Origin: Octopus vulgaris
Lineage: Eukaryota
Direction of reading: 5' to 3'
NCBI GenBank assembly: GCA_951406725.2
Contig: OX597818.1
Span: 53,754,001 to 53,818,000 of the forward strand
DNA: 64,000 bases
Below, piece after piece: positions 26,530-41,480 of this stretch. Both the position numbers and the translations under genes were made by a program. The notes beneath the pieces were generated by a model, which saw only the letters and a program-made list of their open reading frames with translations, did not search any database and was not told the origin of the DNA. How positions within the stretch are numbered: the stretch's first letter is position 1; each line of letters begins with the position of its first letter.

Positions 26530-26960
26530 GCCTCCACCACCACTAACGAAGAATAGCAAAACCAATCATAGAATACAAATAACATTAATAAATGAATCTG
26601 AATGTTCATCTTCGTGCAATTGTAATGTCAAACATTCTTGTCCCCTCAGTGGAAAGTGTCTTGATAAGATACTGACATTTCAAGCTCAAGTCTTTTCATC
26701 TCATGTGTATATCATAAGATGATATTTAAGCCACTTCATTTAAAAGCCGATATGCGCATTGATTATTCCAGATTCAGCACCCAGAAATATCATCTCATTC
26801 TCTAGATAAGTCTAGAGACTTACAAACCAAAACAAACGAACATAATAAACTAGACTGATCGGTCACTACAAATGCTACACATTACACGGAACCAACAAAT
26901 GCCACCTCTGCTTAGCAGAGAAGAAAATATCCGAACAAACAATAAGATACTAATGCATAT
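26530..26960 (+). pseudogene. Penelope-like GIY-YIG endonuclease relic
   Basis: CNCNVKHSCPLSGKCL (from 26615) and KCHLCLAEKKI (~26897), the Cys motifs bracketing PLE GIY-YIG domains. Confidence 0.78.
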
Positions 26961-27004
26961 GATGCCAGCAAAACAGCAAAAATCCAAGCAATAACATATC
27001 TGTA

Positions 27005-27317
27005 GAGTAAAGATTATTTGCCAATATAACATGGCAGTCCTGGTTTAGGACCTATGTTGCTGTAACTTAGCCCCAGGAGACATCGTCTCCAGCTGGCTGT
27101 ACGACACGATCTGTGTCCTTATATTTTCGAACAAGGGCATTTAGCACCTCCACCCAGCTCAAAACAATATAATAAAACTAAATGCCCTTCTTCGAAAGTA
27201 TAAGGTCACAGATCGTGTCGTATAGCCAGCTGGAGACGATGCCTCCTGGGTCTAAATTACAGCAACATTCGTCCTAAACCAGGACTGCCATGTTATGTCG
27301 CCAAATAATCTTTACTC
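27005..27317. mobile_element. Palindromic MITE (arms 27005-27144 / 27178-27317)
   Basis: ~140-bp inverted arms, 33-nt spacer, no coding capacity. Confidence 0.85.
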
Positions 27318-27559
27318 CAAAGTACTGTTGCTGAATATCTCTCGTTGAAAGATTTACAAATATTACTTTTCTATAACATATCTGTTCATTCTTAATACAT
27401 TATGGTAGATTCGAAGGGATATATATGATTGCTATTTTTTTCCTTCAACGGACAACACCCCTCCCCAACTCTTTAGATAATGAGTCCCTAATACATGCAA
27501 TCCACCGGTGTAGGGAATTATATCGGATGGCGCCAAGTTATTTGAAACGCTCAACCGCT

Positions 27560-27962
27560 TCATCACTTTGTCTCCAATTCGGTGCGACACCAGTGCAAAA
27601 TCACCTCCCTCCGACAAGTCATCCTAGCGAGACGTCTGCGTTGGCTGGGTCATGCCTTCCGTCGTCAACCAGGAGAATTCATCTACGAAGCAACTGCCCC
27701 AGCTCCCCTTCAGGGTTGGCGAAAGCCATGTGGTGGACAACAAAAAACCTGGCTGGTGACAGTCAAGGCTGATCTGGAACCAAACCTAGGTCCTCCCCAT
27801 ATCTATGGCGTTCGCCGCTGGAATAAGGAGTGGTTGGAGATCACGCGGCCGTTAGCCTCAAATCGCCAGGCCTGGTCAGCGTTTGTGAGAGATGCAGCAT
27901 TGAGGATGAATGAAGCCAGCTCAACCCACCCCGGGTGAATGCTGTCTCAAGACAAGACAAGA
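27560..27962 (+). pseudogene. RTE-clade LINE 3' end
   Basis: RLRWLGHAFRR...GGQQKTW; (CAAGA)n tail. Confidence 0.85.
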
Positions 27963-28095
27963 AGGAATTATATATTGTTACATTAAGAATCAGAACTACC
28001 TTTAAAATACTATGAAGATTGTTACCATTTGAGAAAAACTTCAACAGGCACCAGAATTTGGTATGGTATTATCCATATAAATCAAATGGGGTGAT

Positions 28096-28204
28096 TATAA
28101 TCAAAATAAGCAACAAGTATAACCAAGGAAGTGTACTACAATCGTTAGCATGAAACGATTGTACTACACTACCTAGGATATCCTTGTTGCTTATTTTGAT
28201 TATA
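28096..28204. repeat. ~110-bp hairpin palindrome
   Basis: TATAATCAAAATAAGCAACAAG...ACAATCGTT / AACGATTGT...CTTGTTGCTTATTTTGATTATA. Confidence 0.85.
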
Positions 28205-28611
28205 TATATATTAAATATTGGTAATAATAAGATTATCCAGAAGAAATGAAGTAATTATTCGCCGGTTTATTTAAATGCCGCTACGAAAAGTCTTCAGATT
28301 TTCCAAGGAAATTCAATGAAATGAAATGGAATGAAATAAAATAAAATAAAATTTGAACAAAGTAAACTATTTACTTTATTTACATATATTTACGAATATT
28401 TACGAATGCTTGTGTCTTCTCAAGTGCTAGACGAAAAGTTCTTAAATATAATTAACTTAAATATTCTACTTTATTTTACATTTTTTTTTTTTCATTCCTT
28501 TTACTTTCATTTTCTCGTAACATTTTAAGACTTTTCTGCGCTGATGAGAATAAACGAAAGAAAAATGCCGTCATTTCTTCGGGATAACTTTATCATTAGT
28601 ACCAATATATG

Positions 28612-28674
<63 letters not shown>

Positions 28675-28912
28675 TTATATATATGTATGTATATATATAT
28701 ATAAATATATGTATATACATACATATATGTATATATATATATATATACACATATATATATATATATTTACATACACGTATTATATACATGCCTATATACA
28801 CATATATATATAGATAGATATAGATAGATACATACATACATACATTTATACATATGCTTGTATATATGTGTGTGTGCGTGTGTGTGCATGTGTAAACATA
28901 TGCACATATGCG

Positions 28913-28948
<36 letters not shown>

Positions 28949-29014
28949 TATATATATACATATATATATATATTATATATATATATATTAGTATATTATA
29001 TATATTGATATTAA

Positions 29015-29099
<85 letters not shown>

Positions 29100-29356
29100 T
29101 ATGTATACTGATAACCATATTTCTTTAATTGCTTATAGATAGTTTAATTTTAGTCAAGTTTTTGTAGTTTTTATGTTTATTTTATTTATAGATTTATTTT
29201 TATTTTTATTCTCATTTCGTTATCTACTTTTTTTGGTTTCTGCCTCCACCACCTTTTATACAACCCCTCTTAATCTTCATAATATTGTTCTAACCCATTC
29301 GTTAATTAATAACGTAATTATAATTATAAATTCATTATTTTAATTTTTTTTAGATT

Positions 29357-29465
29357 TCTTAATACTTAAATTCTTAAATTCTTAAATTCTTAAATTCTTA
29401 AATTCTTAAATTCTTAAATTCTTAAATTCTTAAATTCTTAAATTCTTAAATTCTTAAATTCTTAA
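29357..29465. repeat. (TTCTTAAA)n octamer tandem repeat
   Basis: Direct reading, about 12 copies. Confidence 0.93.
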
Positions 29466-29655
29466 TCATAATTCATATTTTTCAATATTAGTTATAATGC
29501 CAGATTTATCATCGAGCGCTTAAATTCATCTTCTTATTTTCAAATCTACCTAATATGTATAAAAAGTATGCAAATAAACTGAAATGTAGACAGGTATAAA
29601 GATAGAAATTATGATAAATTGCTATGCATACTGATAGGAAGATGCTTGTATTTAC

Positions 29656-30235
<580 letters not shown>

Positions 30236-30378
30236 GATGGATCGATGGATCGATCGATCGATCGATCGATCGATCGACATACATATACGCATATACATGC
30301 ATCTTTATATATATATGTGTATTTGTTTATACATATATATATATATATACACATATATATAAACACACACATTATTCT

Positions 30379-30416
<38 letters not shown>

Positions 30417-30442
30417 TTATCATTATTATTATTGTTATTATT

Positions 30443-30935
30443 GAGTGAGAGAGCAGTGTATGTCATCAAAGTGATACTGAGGTAAAATATAAGAAGCCCA
30501 GTATACTCTTCATGACTACTCGTCTGATAAGAGTACACCAGGCACATGCATCACAACCATATGTGTGCGACATGGTGATCTCATATCAAGATAAACAGTG
30601 CATGACCTTGCAAGTGGAGCCCAGTTAGAATTTTCTTCTGGTCGAGTAGACCATCCCGCTCAAAAGGTCCCTTAATAAGGTTTGTTTAAGGATGAACGAA
30701 ACGCCCATGTTTCCAAAGTGAATTATCCAAACCTCTAAGAATCCCTCTCAACACATGGCTATGATGCTCCCCCACTACTTCTGCTCGTGGTCAGAGATGC
30801 ACATATCGTCAGCCACTAAGGGACATGCTCAACTGGTTAAGATCAAACAACTGACAAAGCAAATCTGTGGTATTGAGCAGAATATTTGCTGTAGCCCATC
30901 TTTTATACCAAGACAAAACAATGTACATGATAATT
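30443..30935. mobile_element. Repeat family D, second copy
   Basis: Colinear with 5838-6340. Confidence 0.8.
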
Positions 30936-30941
30936 TGTTGC

Positions 30942-30987
<46 letters not shown>

Positions 30988-31125
30988 GTTGTTGTTGTTG
31001 TTGTTGCTGTTGTTGTTGTTGTTGTTTCTTTATAATAGGTTTTGTTGGAGCTCCTTAGGTCTTGCATGCAAGCGGGCTCACTAACTGCAACCTACGGTAT
31101 CATGCTATTCGCTCTGTTCACCTTA

Positions 31126-31189
<64 letters not shown>

Positions 31190-32992
31190 TACTATTGTTG
31201 TTGTTGTTGTTGTTGTTATTATGAAGGCGGCGAGATGATTGAATCGTTAGCACGCCGAGCAAAATGCTTCGCGGCATTTCGTCTGTCTTTACGTTCTGAG
31301 TTCAAATTTCGCCGCCACGGGCGACTTTGCTTTTCATCCTTCGGGGTCGATAAAATAAGTACCAGTTGAATACTGAGGTCGATGTAATCGACTATCTCCC
31401 TCTCCCAAATTTCATTCCTTGTGCCTATAATTAGAAAGGATTATTGTCATTATTACATGAACCCCAGTGCTCAACTGGCACTTGTTATCGATGTTTTGAG
31501 TTCAATTCTCTCCAAGGTCGACTTCATCTTTTATCGTTTTAGTGTCGATAAATTAAATTCCAGTCCAGTACGGGAGTTGATTTCTTTACTCTCGTTCTTT
31601 TTCCGTCGTTCACTTTTGCTTTCTCTCTCGAAGAAATCAAATCTATTTATACCTTTTGGGCAGTTGGGCTTCACCTGGTTGGAAATGCTCGAAATCGAAA
31701 TGAAACATAACATTTGTGGATGCATGAATGCATATGTTTCAGAGATGTTCCTCACCGAATCCAACTCATTTCGAAATACACATGACCGTTTGAGCTCACC
31801 CTCAGATTCGATAGCTCAGTCATTGTTTCATTGACTTCTTCCTGAAGAAGGGCCTTCTTGAAAATGTCAGCTGTGACACCGCCTCACGTCATATGAAAAT
31901 ACTTAATTGGAATCTTCACTATAGTCTCATTAATGTATAAATTGTGATACTGTATCCTTCAAAGGCGGGGGGCATGTGGCTTAGTGGTTAAAGTGTTGGA
32001 CTCCGGATCGCATGATTGTGGTTTCGATTACTGGACTTGGTGACGTCTTGTGTTCTTAAACAAAACATTTCATTTCACGTTGCTCCAGTCCACTCAGCTG
32101 GCAAAAATAGGTAATCTTGTGACGGACCGGAGTTCCGTCCAGGTGCTAAACATATACGCCACGAAAAAGTCCATGGGGTTCGAGAAGGACGCTCTATCCT
32201 TATTACATCCTTCGCATGAGGAAGAAACTGAATAGAATAGCGACAGTAGGAAACGTGGAAAATGACATATCCCAGGTTTAATCCTCTCCTAAACCAGTTA
32301 TCGTGAGAAAGTTACGGTCAGCAAACACAGGAGGCAGCTAAAGGAAGTACGACAACATAAAAGGACTTTTCCGCACCAAATGTTTTTCAATCGAGGTTTT
32401 AATATTTTTCCGTTTGCACTCTAATCATTCTAATACACTAAGTAAATGTTACTTCCTGTTGATGGCTCTAGTCGAGCCTGTGTAGGAATGTCACACATAC
32501 ACATACGTAGATATATCCCAATTCATACATGTAAGCTTTAGCACATATATACATATACAGCCTTAACGCATACACACACAAACTGGTAAAGATTGTTTTA
32601 GCATACATACGTAAGAATATGTTTATATGTGTCTGAGTGTCTCTATACGTATGGATATGTATCATTTGTACGGAAATGTATGTATGTGGGAAATTAAATA
32701 TATTTCTGTACCCAAGTTGAGAATAAAATGTTTATAGATGCATCTATTTCAGGTATCTTCCTCGCTAAATCCAACACTGGCCCTCAAGTATGCATATAAG
32801 TCTTTTTGAGTACACCCTCAAAGATCGATACTTCCGTCATTGCCACATCAACTCTTGTTGATACTATAACTGCAAACTAAGACGAAAAAAGAGCACCTTA
32901 TAGTTCTTAGGATAACAAGGACATGTGAACCGTGCTAACACACTTGGTAATTATATCTTACGTATCTTTGTATATTTGCATATATATTTATA

Positions 32993-33205
32993 TACTCTTT
33001 TACTCTTTTACTTGTTTCAGTCATTTGACTGCGGCCATGCTGGAGCACCGCCTTTTAGTCGAGCAAATCGACCCTGGGACTTATTCTTTGTAAGCCCAGT
33101 ACTTATTCTATCGGTCTCTTTTGCCGAACCGCTAAGTGAACGGGGACGTAAACACACCAGCATCGGTTGTCAAGCAATGCTAGGAGGACAAACACAGACA
33201 CACAA

Positions 33206-33268
<63 letters not shown>

Positions 33269-33433
33269 TACGACAGGCTTCTTTCAGTTTCCGTCTACCA
33301 AATCCACTCACAAGGCATTGGTCGGCCCGGGGCTATAGCAGAAGACACTTGCCCAAGATGCCACGCAGTGGGACTGAACCCGGAACCATGTGGTTGGTAA
33401 GCAAGCTACTTACCACACAGCCACTCCTGCGCC
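32993..33433 (-). mobile_element. SINE family A
   Basis: Full reverse-complement copy. Confidence 0.9.
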
Positions 33434-34008
33434 TATGTTTATTGTTGTTTTTCGGAATGGTCATTTTGCCAGTTTAGCCAATAAAAACACATGCACTATA
33501 TATTTGACCATTCCGAAATACAACAATATCTGTTTCAACACACGATTTCACATAAAAAATTTTGAACAACAAACATATAAACGTATATGTTTATTGCTGT
33601 CCATCAAATTTAATGTTGGCCGTCTCCCTCAATTATGGGTCCCTAAATCCCTAGCTTCTGAGAAAGAAGTAATAACAGAGAATGCAACTGCGTAGGGCAA
33701 CGGATGGTTAGCGACGGATAATGCTCATGTTGCACTTACCACCTGCTCTCGCGGGCGGGAAAACTATGGAAGTGTTAGGTTACGCCTTCGCAGAGGAACA
33801 TGATGTCTCGACCGCCACTACGATAAACAATAACTCTGAGACCCAAAATCCATGATCTACATTACACACAAAGATACCAGTGCAATGAAACACTATGGTG
33901 GTGTTGGCAAGGAGATAGCTCGAGTAGCAAAGGGGACTTGTACCTTCTTCCAGCCACTGTTAAAAAAACCCTTCAAGGATCAGGGTTAAGCGAGGATATA
34001 TCAGTCCT

Positions 34009-34077
<69 letters not shown>

Positions 34078-34657
34078 CCCTCTCTCTCTTTCTTTCTCTC
34101 TCTTTCTTTCTCTCTCTCCCTGCCTCTCCTCTCTCTCTCTCAATCTCATTTCATCGTCTGAAATCCAGTCTGTCGAAAATCCCCTTAAAGCTAACACCTA
34201 CAGCAGTTTTCCTACACAGTGTATCCCACAAGTCTTTGTCTTCTAGAACTCACTCACAAGGCAGCAGAACAGGACAGACTGGTCATCTTCAACTAAAAAG
34301 CCCTATCTTTCTCTCGATTTTCTATCAACAACACTGCCTTAGAAGGCACTAGTTCCCCATCTCGAGTATTTATATAATTTTGTGTTCTGTTGCTGTGAAG
34401 ACGCATGGCCAGATGGTTAAAGTATTACGCTCAAGATCGTGAGATCCTGGTATCGATTCCTGGATCGGGCGTTGCGTTGAGTTCTTGAATAAAACACTTC
34501 ATTTCCCTCTGCCCCATTATCTTGGAAATTAACCATACGACAGACCGACGTCCCGTCTTAATTTGGGAGGCATGCAATCTAAATAATTAACTATACAACG
34601 GGTAATTAATCCACCGTTATTGTTCAGGGATATTTGTAATCTAAGACTTTATACACC

Positions 34658-35095
34658 ATGGAGCGTGACTTAGTAGGTGAGGTATTCGTCTCACGATCGT
34701 ATGGTCATGAGTTCAATTCCAGGCGGCACATTGTGTCTTTGAGCCAGATACTTTATTTCATGTTGCTTCAGTCCACTCAGCTTGAAAAATTGAACAGTAC
34801 CTGTAATTCAAAAGGGCCGGCCTTATCACATTCTTTGTTATGCTGAATCTCCCTAAGAATTACGTTAAGAGTCCCCATGTCTGCGGAGTTCTCAACCGCT
34901 TGCATATTAATTTCATGAGCAGGCTGTACCGTTGATGGGATCAACTGGAACACTTGTCGTCGCAACCGACGGAAGGCCAAGCCAAGATGGGTTTAACTGG
35001 AACACTTGTCGTCGCAACTGACGGAAGGCCAGGCCAAGATGGGTTCAACTGGAACACTTGTCGTCGTAAAACCGACGGAAGGCCAGGCCAGGATG
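34658..35095 (+). mobile_element. Older family-C-related SINE with a triplicated ~52-bp 3' end
   Basis: AACTGGAACACTTGTCGTCG...GACGGAAGGCCA repeated three times at 34940-35095. Confidence 0.75.
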
Positions 35096-35549
35096 CGCCA
35101 TAGAAACCTGACTTAGTTTCAGTCTTATGAACCCAAGCGCCCATGACAGACCTAGATAAGTATATAAGTGCAAGATAACTGCTGACCCAAAACTGGATTT
35201 ATCCGTCTTCTTGACAGGTCTAGTTTTGTACGTTTGGGTGCTGGAAGGGCCGTTTACGGTTGCAGTCAATCCGGTCGAGTAACAGATTGTTCTGGAGTAC
35301 ATGTATCAGTAGAAGAGCATTTCAAGTGTACCCAATCAGATCCAATTGGATTCGAAGCGTACGAAATTTAATGTGAGAGCACGGTCTTGAGGCTCTGGAG
35401 TTCTGTTATTGATACGGCAATTCTTGTTTATGTTTTTACAAAACAGTATGAGAAAACGATGTAAACAAATAACGACACGTATACTTCAGAAAAATAACGG
35501 AGTGGCACTCAAAGGGATTTGACGTACACACACACATATATATACATAT

Positions 35550-35580
<31 letters not shown>

Positions 35581-35630
35581 GATGAGAAAGTTGGTTTGTG
35601 AAAGCACGTGGTTGAATATATAGAAAATAG

Positions 35631-35940
35631 TAAAAAGTGAAAAAGCTACAGAAGGCTTGTTTTAAAAGGTTAAAAAATATATATTTGAGTCAATATGTCT
35701 GAAGAATATTATAAATTTTTTTCTTACAATGACATAGTTTAGAAGAAATGAGCGGTTTCGCGTTCAGCTTTTCAAATTTCTTACGTCGTTATGTTCATGT
35801 TGAGAAGAGTTATCGTTATGTTTATGTTGAGAGGAGTTCTAGATAAGGGGAGGTAATAAGTGATTTCTTCCGACATATTGACTCAAATATATATTTTTTA
35901 ACCTTTTAAAACAAGCCTTCTGTAGTTTTTTCACTTTTTA
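35631..35940. mobile_element. (TA)n-flanked inverted-repeat module (76-bp arms 35631-35706 / 35865-35940) enclosing an HHR
   Basis: Arms are reverse complements; HHR motif in the spacer. Confidence 0.8.
35743..35782 (-). ncRNA. Minimal type I hammerhead motif with U3-A8 core variant
   Basis: Minus strand: AAGAAAT-TTGAAAA-GC TGAAC GC-GAAA-CCGC-TC^ATTTCTT; 7-bp perfect stem I. Confidence 0.68.
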
Positions 35941-35962
35941 TATTTATATATATATATATATA

Positions 35963-36051
<89 letters not shown>

Positions 36052-36056
36052 ATATG

Positions 36057-36097
<41 letters not shown>

Positions 36098-36192
36098 ATG
36101 TGTATATATATATATATATATATATGTATTGTATATATATATATATATATATGCATGTATATAAATATATAGGTGTGTGTATGACTGTATAT

Positions 36193-36399
36193 ACTCTTTT
36201 ACTTCTTTCAGTCATTTTGACTATGGCCATGCTGGAGCACCGCCTTTTGGTCGAGCAAATCGACCCCAGGACTTATTCTTTGTAAGCCTAGTACTTATTC
36301 TATCGGTGTCCTTTGCCAAACCGCTAAGTTACAGGGACGTAAACACACCAGCATCGGTTGTCAAGCGATATTGGGGGACAAATACAGGCACACAAACAT

Positions 36400-36461
<62 letters not shown>

Positions 36462-36620
36462 GACGGGCTTCTTTCAGTTTCCGTCTACCAAATCCTCTCA
36501 CAAGGCCTTGGTCGGCCCGAGGCTATAGTAGAAGACACTTGCCGAAGGTGCCACGCAGTGGGACTGAACCCGGAACCATGTGGTTTGTAAGCAAGCTACT
36601 TACCACACAGCCACTCCTAC
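36193..36620 (-). mobile_element. SINE family A
   Basis: Full reverse-complement copy. Confidence 0.9.
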
Positions 36621-36735
36621 GTATACGTATATGTATGTATGTATGTACGTACGTATGTATGTATTCGTTAAAATTATACACATGCCCGTACATAATATTT
36701 ATATATATGTACGTGCTTGCATAATTCATATACAT

Positions 36736-36775
<40 letters not shown>

Positions 36776-38989
36776 ACATACATACATACATACATACATA
36801 CATACATACATACATACATACATACATACATACATAAATACATGCATACATATATACATAAATACATACATACGTACGTACATACATGCATACATATGTA
36901 CTTTCCAAATTGACACCATCAACAACATAAGCTGGAGTAACCTCTCTGTCTTCCACGTTTCAAACAAGGAATGCAACAAATACCTTCGTATTTATGTAAG
37001 CATACAATAGTACACTGACCTAAGACAGAAATGTTACACGACTTTTAAAGGAAATATTTCATCATGCAATACATTATAAAGCATTAAATGGTAATATCTT
37101 CAAAGTGACAGCACTGGCACCATGAATATAAATTTTATATTAAATTACAAAGGATATTTGCTCCATTGACATAAAATCCCACGAGATGGCCGCCGTGTGG
37201 TCGCTCAGCTTACTAGAAATAACCACCAAATCTTTTTGAAATCATACCCTACTAACTTTCAAACAAAATAATGCGTTGCTAGATAAATATGTTGGAAGAA
37301 AGTTGGAATAGTCAGTACTGGAATGTCCTTGGTCAAGGGTATAATCAATCAAGGTTTATCTGGGATAAAATAAATTTCCGTGTTTTTTTTTTTTTATTTG
37401 ACTGGTATCTCTCATTGAAATAACGGTATTTGCAGACTGTATCTCAAAAGGAAATAAGGGAAAAGGGATTTAAGATCAATTCAGTGTCTTACAGCATCAC
37501 CAAGGTATCATTTAATAAATTGCTGGGCTTACAGAAGAATTACACCAACAAAGTATCCAAAACTGAAAGGAATAGTCCCAAATCTCAAGAATTTGGAACA
37601 AAAAAAAAAGAACTATTGTAAATTGTCGATTACAAGACGACATTTCATTTGACCCCAGATGTAAAGACAAATACATCACATTCTGAGTGAAATTAAGAAG
37701 AAGATCTGTCGCGTAAACTGGAGAATGGTGCAAAGATTTTTGGTTAAAGTAATCCTTTTTGATGGATAAATTATGTCAGATTTTGAAAGAATGTCAGATT
37801 TTGAAAGAAAAACTTATTCAACAAAAATGATTTAGAGAAACAAAAAATAGCACAAGAAAGTGAAACCTTTAATCTCTGGGATTATATATATCAAAACATG
37901 AGTGGTTTGGATTTCTGTAGACGACCTAACATGGCATAGAGATGGCGAAAGTCAACAAAGAATAGAAAAAAATACCCTGCGGTACATGTTCTAGCAATCT
38001 GCTCTCTAATTTCAAATCCTATGGAGATCAACTTTTCTGCTCACCCTTTCAGGTTAGAGACAATAATGCCCACAATAAATATGCACTAATTCTAATTCGT
38101 TAATTGGTTAACTAATTAACTGATTGGCGAATGATAAAGAAGTGAAATAGAACCAGCGCCAGGGTTTATTATTAGCATTATGATGCTACCAAGATAAAAT
38201 ACATTCTCTTTCACTACACAAATTTACATCAACAATCTTGGTAGCCAAATACAAAAACCAAATAAAATAACGTACTTTTCTCGGACAATAGTTTGGTGAA
38301 ACTATTACAACATTGGACAAAATGCTTTGTGGTATCTGTTCCGCTTTTTCTAAGTTATGAGTTATTCGATTGTGGACTTCATCTCTCACCTTGCTTAACA
38401 TCGCCACCTTTTCTTTAGATGCCTTCGGCGGAGCTCACCCTTTTGTAACATTGGGTGCAGATTCTCGATTTGGGGATAACTTCCTGCCTTCGTCCAAGTT
38501 TTTCCGATAATCCAACAACAAATAGTGTTTCAAACACAACCCTTCCCTCCTGACGAAAGGGTAAAAAAATATACAGTAAGCGTGTTCTCTAAATGCGACA
38601 CCAGGACCTAAGATATCACCACATTCACTCAATCTTAATTCTATGAAGGATTAAACACTAAAATCATTAATTAAACTACAACAAAGAAACCACATTTACC
38701 CTATGTACAAAACAGTATCGATAAATTAATAATTCTATAAGTAAACTTATAACTAACTCCAAAATTATCTAACCTAACCCTTAATGTCCATACATATAAT
38801 ATTGCCGCTAATCTTCCATAGTTATTAATATAAAAGTAAAAGCTTTATATTCTATTCTTTCCAAAACAAAATGAAATGGATATAATGAAAACATGGAATG
38901 AAGCCGCCCGGCCCCACCTCCGAGCGACTTCATTGAACCTGTTAATACAACCTTTTTTCTTTTCTTTTATTTTTAAAAAATGCATTAAT

Positions 38990-40140
38990 TTAAACTAACA
39001 TTGATAACACCTTTGTGACAACCAGTATCCACTTTTTTTGGAAATCAAATTCCTTCGAAATATATTCATAACTCACCCTTTTAGGTATTTTGTTGATAAA
39101 CATCTTCGTAACCCACCAATCGAAGTCAATTTCTTCCTCGCAATCCCTTATCTCAGAGGGATTCTGGGTCCACCACTGCACAGCAAACGTCCTCGGGCAA
39201 CCCCTATCCTTGTTACGTCCACTTCTATTGCTCTGTCCTATGTCTTTATCTCGTTACAAAGTTCTTTTTTCTTGTTATACAATATAACAAACTGGTCCTA
39301 ACGCCTTTTCCACTTGGGCTACTGACACTTCTATTCTTCTTTTTGCCACCGCGTATGTCCTGTAAATAACTGTCCCCTCGTTTTTATCTTTTAACACTTC
39401 TTTGGTGGGGAACACCTTCACGTCGTTCTCCTCTCTTTTCAATATTTCCTTGAACCTGCTCAATTCTTCGAGACTTATGTCTTCAATTTTTCCTTTTGCC
39501 GCTGCAGCATAATTCTTTGTTTCCATTTCCTTGTCGTGGGGGCACATGACCTAGTGGTTAGAGCAGCGGACTCACGGTCGAGGGATCGCGAGTTCAAATC
39601 TCAGACCGGGCGAGGTGTGTGTTTATGAGCGAAACACCTAAGCTCCACGCGGCTCCGGCAGAAGGTAATGGCGAACCTCTGCTGACTCTTTCGCCGGCAC
39701 ATGGCCTAGTGGTTAGAGCAACGAACTCACGGTCGAGGGATAGCGGTTTCGAATCTCAGACCGAGCGAGGTGTGTGTTTATGAGCGAAACACCTAAGCTC
39801 CACGCGGCTCCGGCGGAAGGTAATGGCGAACCTCTGCTGACTCTTTCGCCACAACTTTCTCTCACTCTTTCCTCCTGCATCTTGCAGCTCACCTGCGACG
39901 GACCGGCGTCCCGTCCCGGTGGGGAACCTATACGCCAAGGAAACCGGAAAACCGGCCCTTATGAGCCAGGCACGGCTTGAGAAGGAACAAACAAATTTCC
40001 TTGTCGATTCTTTTTAAATGTTTTACCATTTCTTCCTCAGACGACACAAAGTCTGAAGAAGAACTCAACTTCCCGCAACTCATGACGCAACGCTCCTCCA
40101 TTACACAAGGGAAAAGACGTTTCACCGCTAAGACAGCCAA
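38990..40140 (-). pseudogene. Decayed ORF1-like protein of a non-LTR element, interrupted by a SINE
   Basis: Removing the SINE and one TSD joins ...KHLKRIDKE to METKNYAAAAKGK... in frame; xYAAAA is a common LINE ORF1 motif. Confidence 0.5.
39537..39994 (+). mobile_element. SINE C2 with duplicated tRNA-like head
   Basis: Two heads (39537 and 39696) within one 12-bp TSD ATTTCCTTGTCG (39525-36 / 39995-40006). Confidence 0.9.
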
Positions 40141-40775
40141 AGAACACGTGTGTTACAAACAAGCTTCTTACTACACAACCACGCCTAAAGTCTTAAAGGC
40201 TGCATAATCCCTTACGTCTAGCAAATATTACCTCTATCGTAAGGTGCCAAGCTGGTAGAATCATTACCGTGTTCGAAAAATGATTAGCGGCATTTCTTCC
40301 GACTTCACGTTCTGAGTTCAAATTCCGCCGAGGTCGACTTCGTCTTTCATAGCCTGGAGATCGATAAAGTAAGCACCAGTTAAGCTCTGGGGTCGACTTG
40401 CTCTCTGTAATCGACTTGCCCTCTCCTTCGAAATTGCTGGCCTTGTGCCAAAACTTGGCAACGAGTTTACCTCTTATCTATCTAATTATTTATTTACTTT
40501 TTGTTACAGAAATTTGTGATAGCAGAAATTTGTGCGTAAATTATGTCTTTATTCGTAATGTATGTATGAATCTTTACGAGTAACCAACTTCAATAAAAAA
40601 AAATTGACTTCATCTTGAAAACCTTGTGTACGCACACCTTTTTTTCTTTGTGTCCTTATTGTAAAACATGTGTGCATGAGCACAAGTGCACAGAAAAGCG
40701 GGAACATTGCTTGTTGCTGAATCTGGCAAAATAGCACCGTTATATAAAATATTTCCTTTTGTTTTCATTCGTTGA

Positions 40776-40827
<52 letters not shown>

Positions 40828-40854
40828 ATTATTATTATTATTATTATTATTAAT

Positions 40855-40887
<33 letters not shown>

Positions 40888-40915
40888 TTCATCATTATTA
40901 GTATTATTATTATTA

Positions 40916-40971
<56 letters not shown>

Positions 40972-40972
<1 letters not shown>

Positions 40973-41112
40973 TATGTTTGACTTTTGCTTTATGTCTGTA
41001 CAAGTTGGCTCCAAGTCTCACCCGGAGACCTCAAGAGACAGCAGGTTGGAAGTTCACGTTGTTGTTATGCCTAGTGTGCCATATATTTGGGGGGTTTTTT
41101 TGTGTTGTACTA

Positions 41113-41169
<57 letters not shown>

Positions 41170-41400
41170 CATTATTATTATCATTCAGTAGTTTTATTTC
41201 TATAGCGTGCTTTCACTTCACTACCGAGAGCAGCTCTGTGTGCCTTGGGTATGTGCTGTGGTTTGCTGTGGTGCTCTGATGGTTACTGTATTGAAAGTGT
41301 TTTGCGTAGGATGTGTACAGTGCCCAGTAGTGCAATTTTCTGTATGTTATATGTGTTTGTAAGTCCTGGTGTTTTTGTTATGTATTTGTCTGTATATTTT
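40972..41400 (-). mobile_element. R4/Dong-like LINE 3' ends nested in (AAT)n
   Basis: IQKIALLGTVHILRKTLSIQ* is a typical R4/Dong C-terminus; flanked by (ATT)n. Confidence 0.78.
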
Positions 41401-41416
41401 ATTATGATTATTATTA

Positions 41417-41480
<64 letters not shown>

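Noticed and set aside
31842-31870. CTGAAGAAGGG...GAAAATGTC, HHR-like
   Set aside because: Stem I does not pair and stem III is incomplete; at most a heavily decayed relic.
35150-35460. WVHLKCS (PHD-like) on the minus strand
   Set aside because: Isolated motif lacking the other Cys ligands, with multiple stops nearby.
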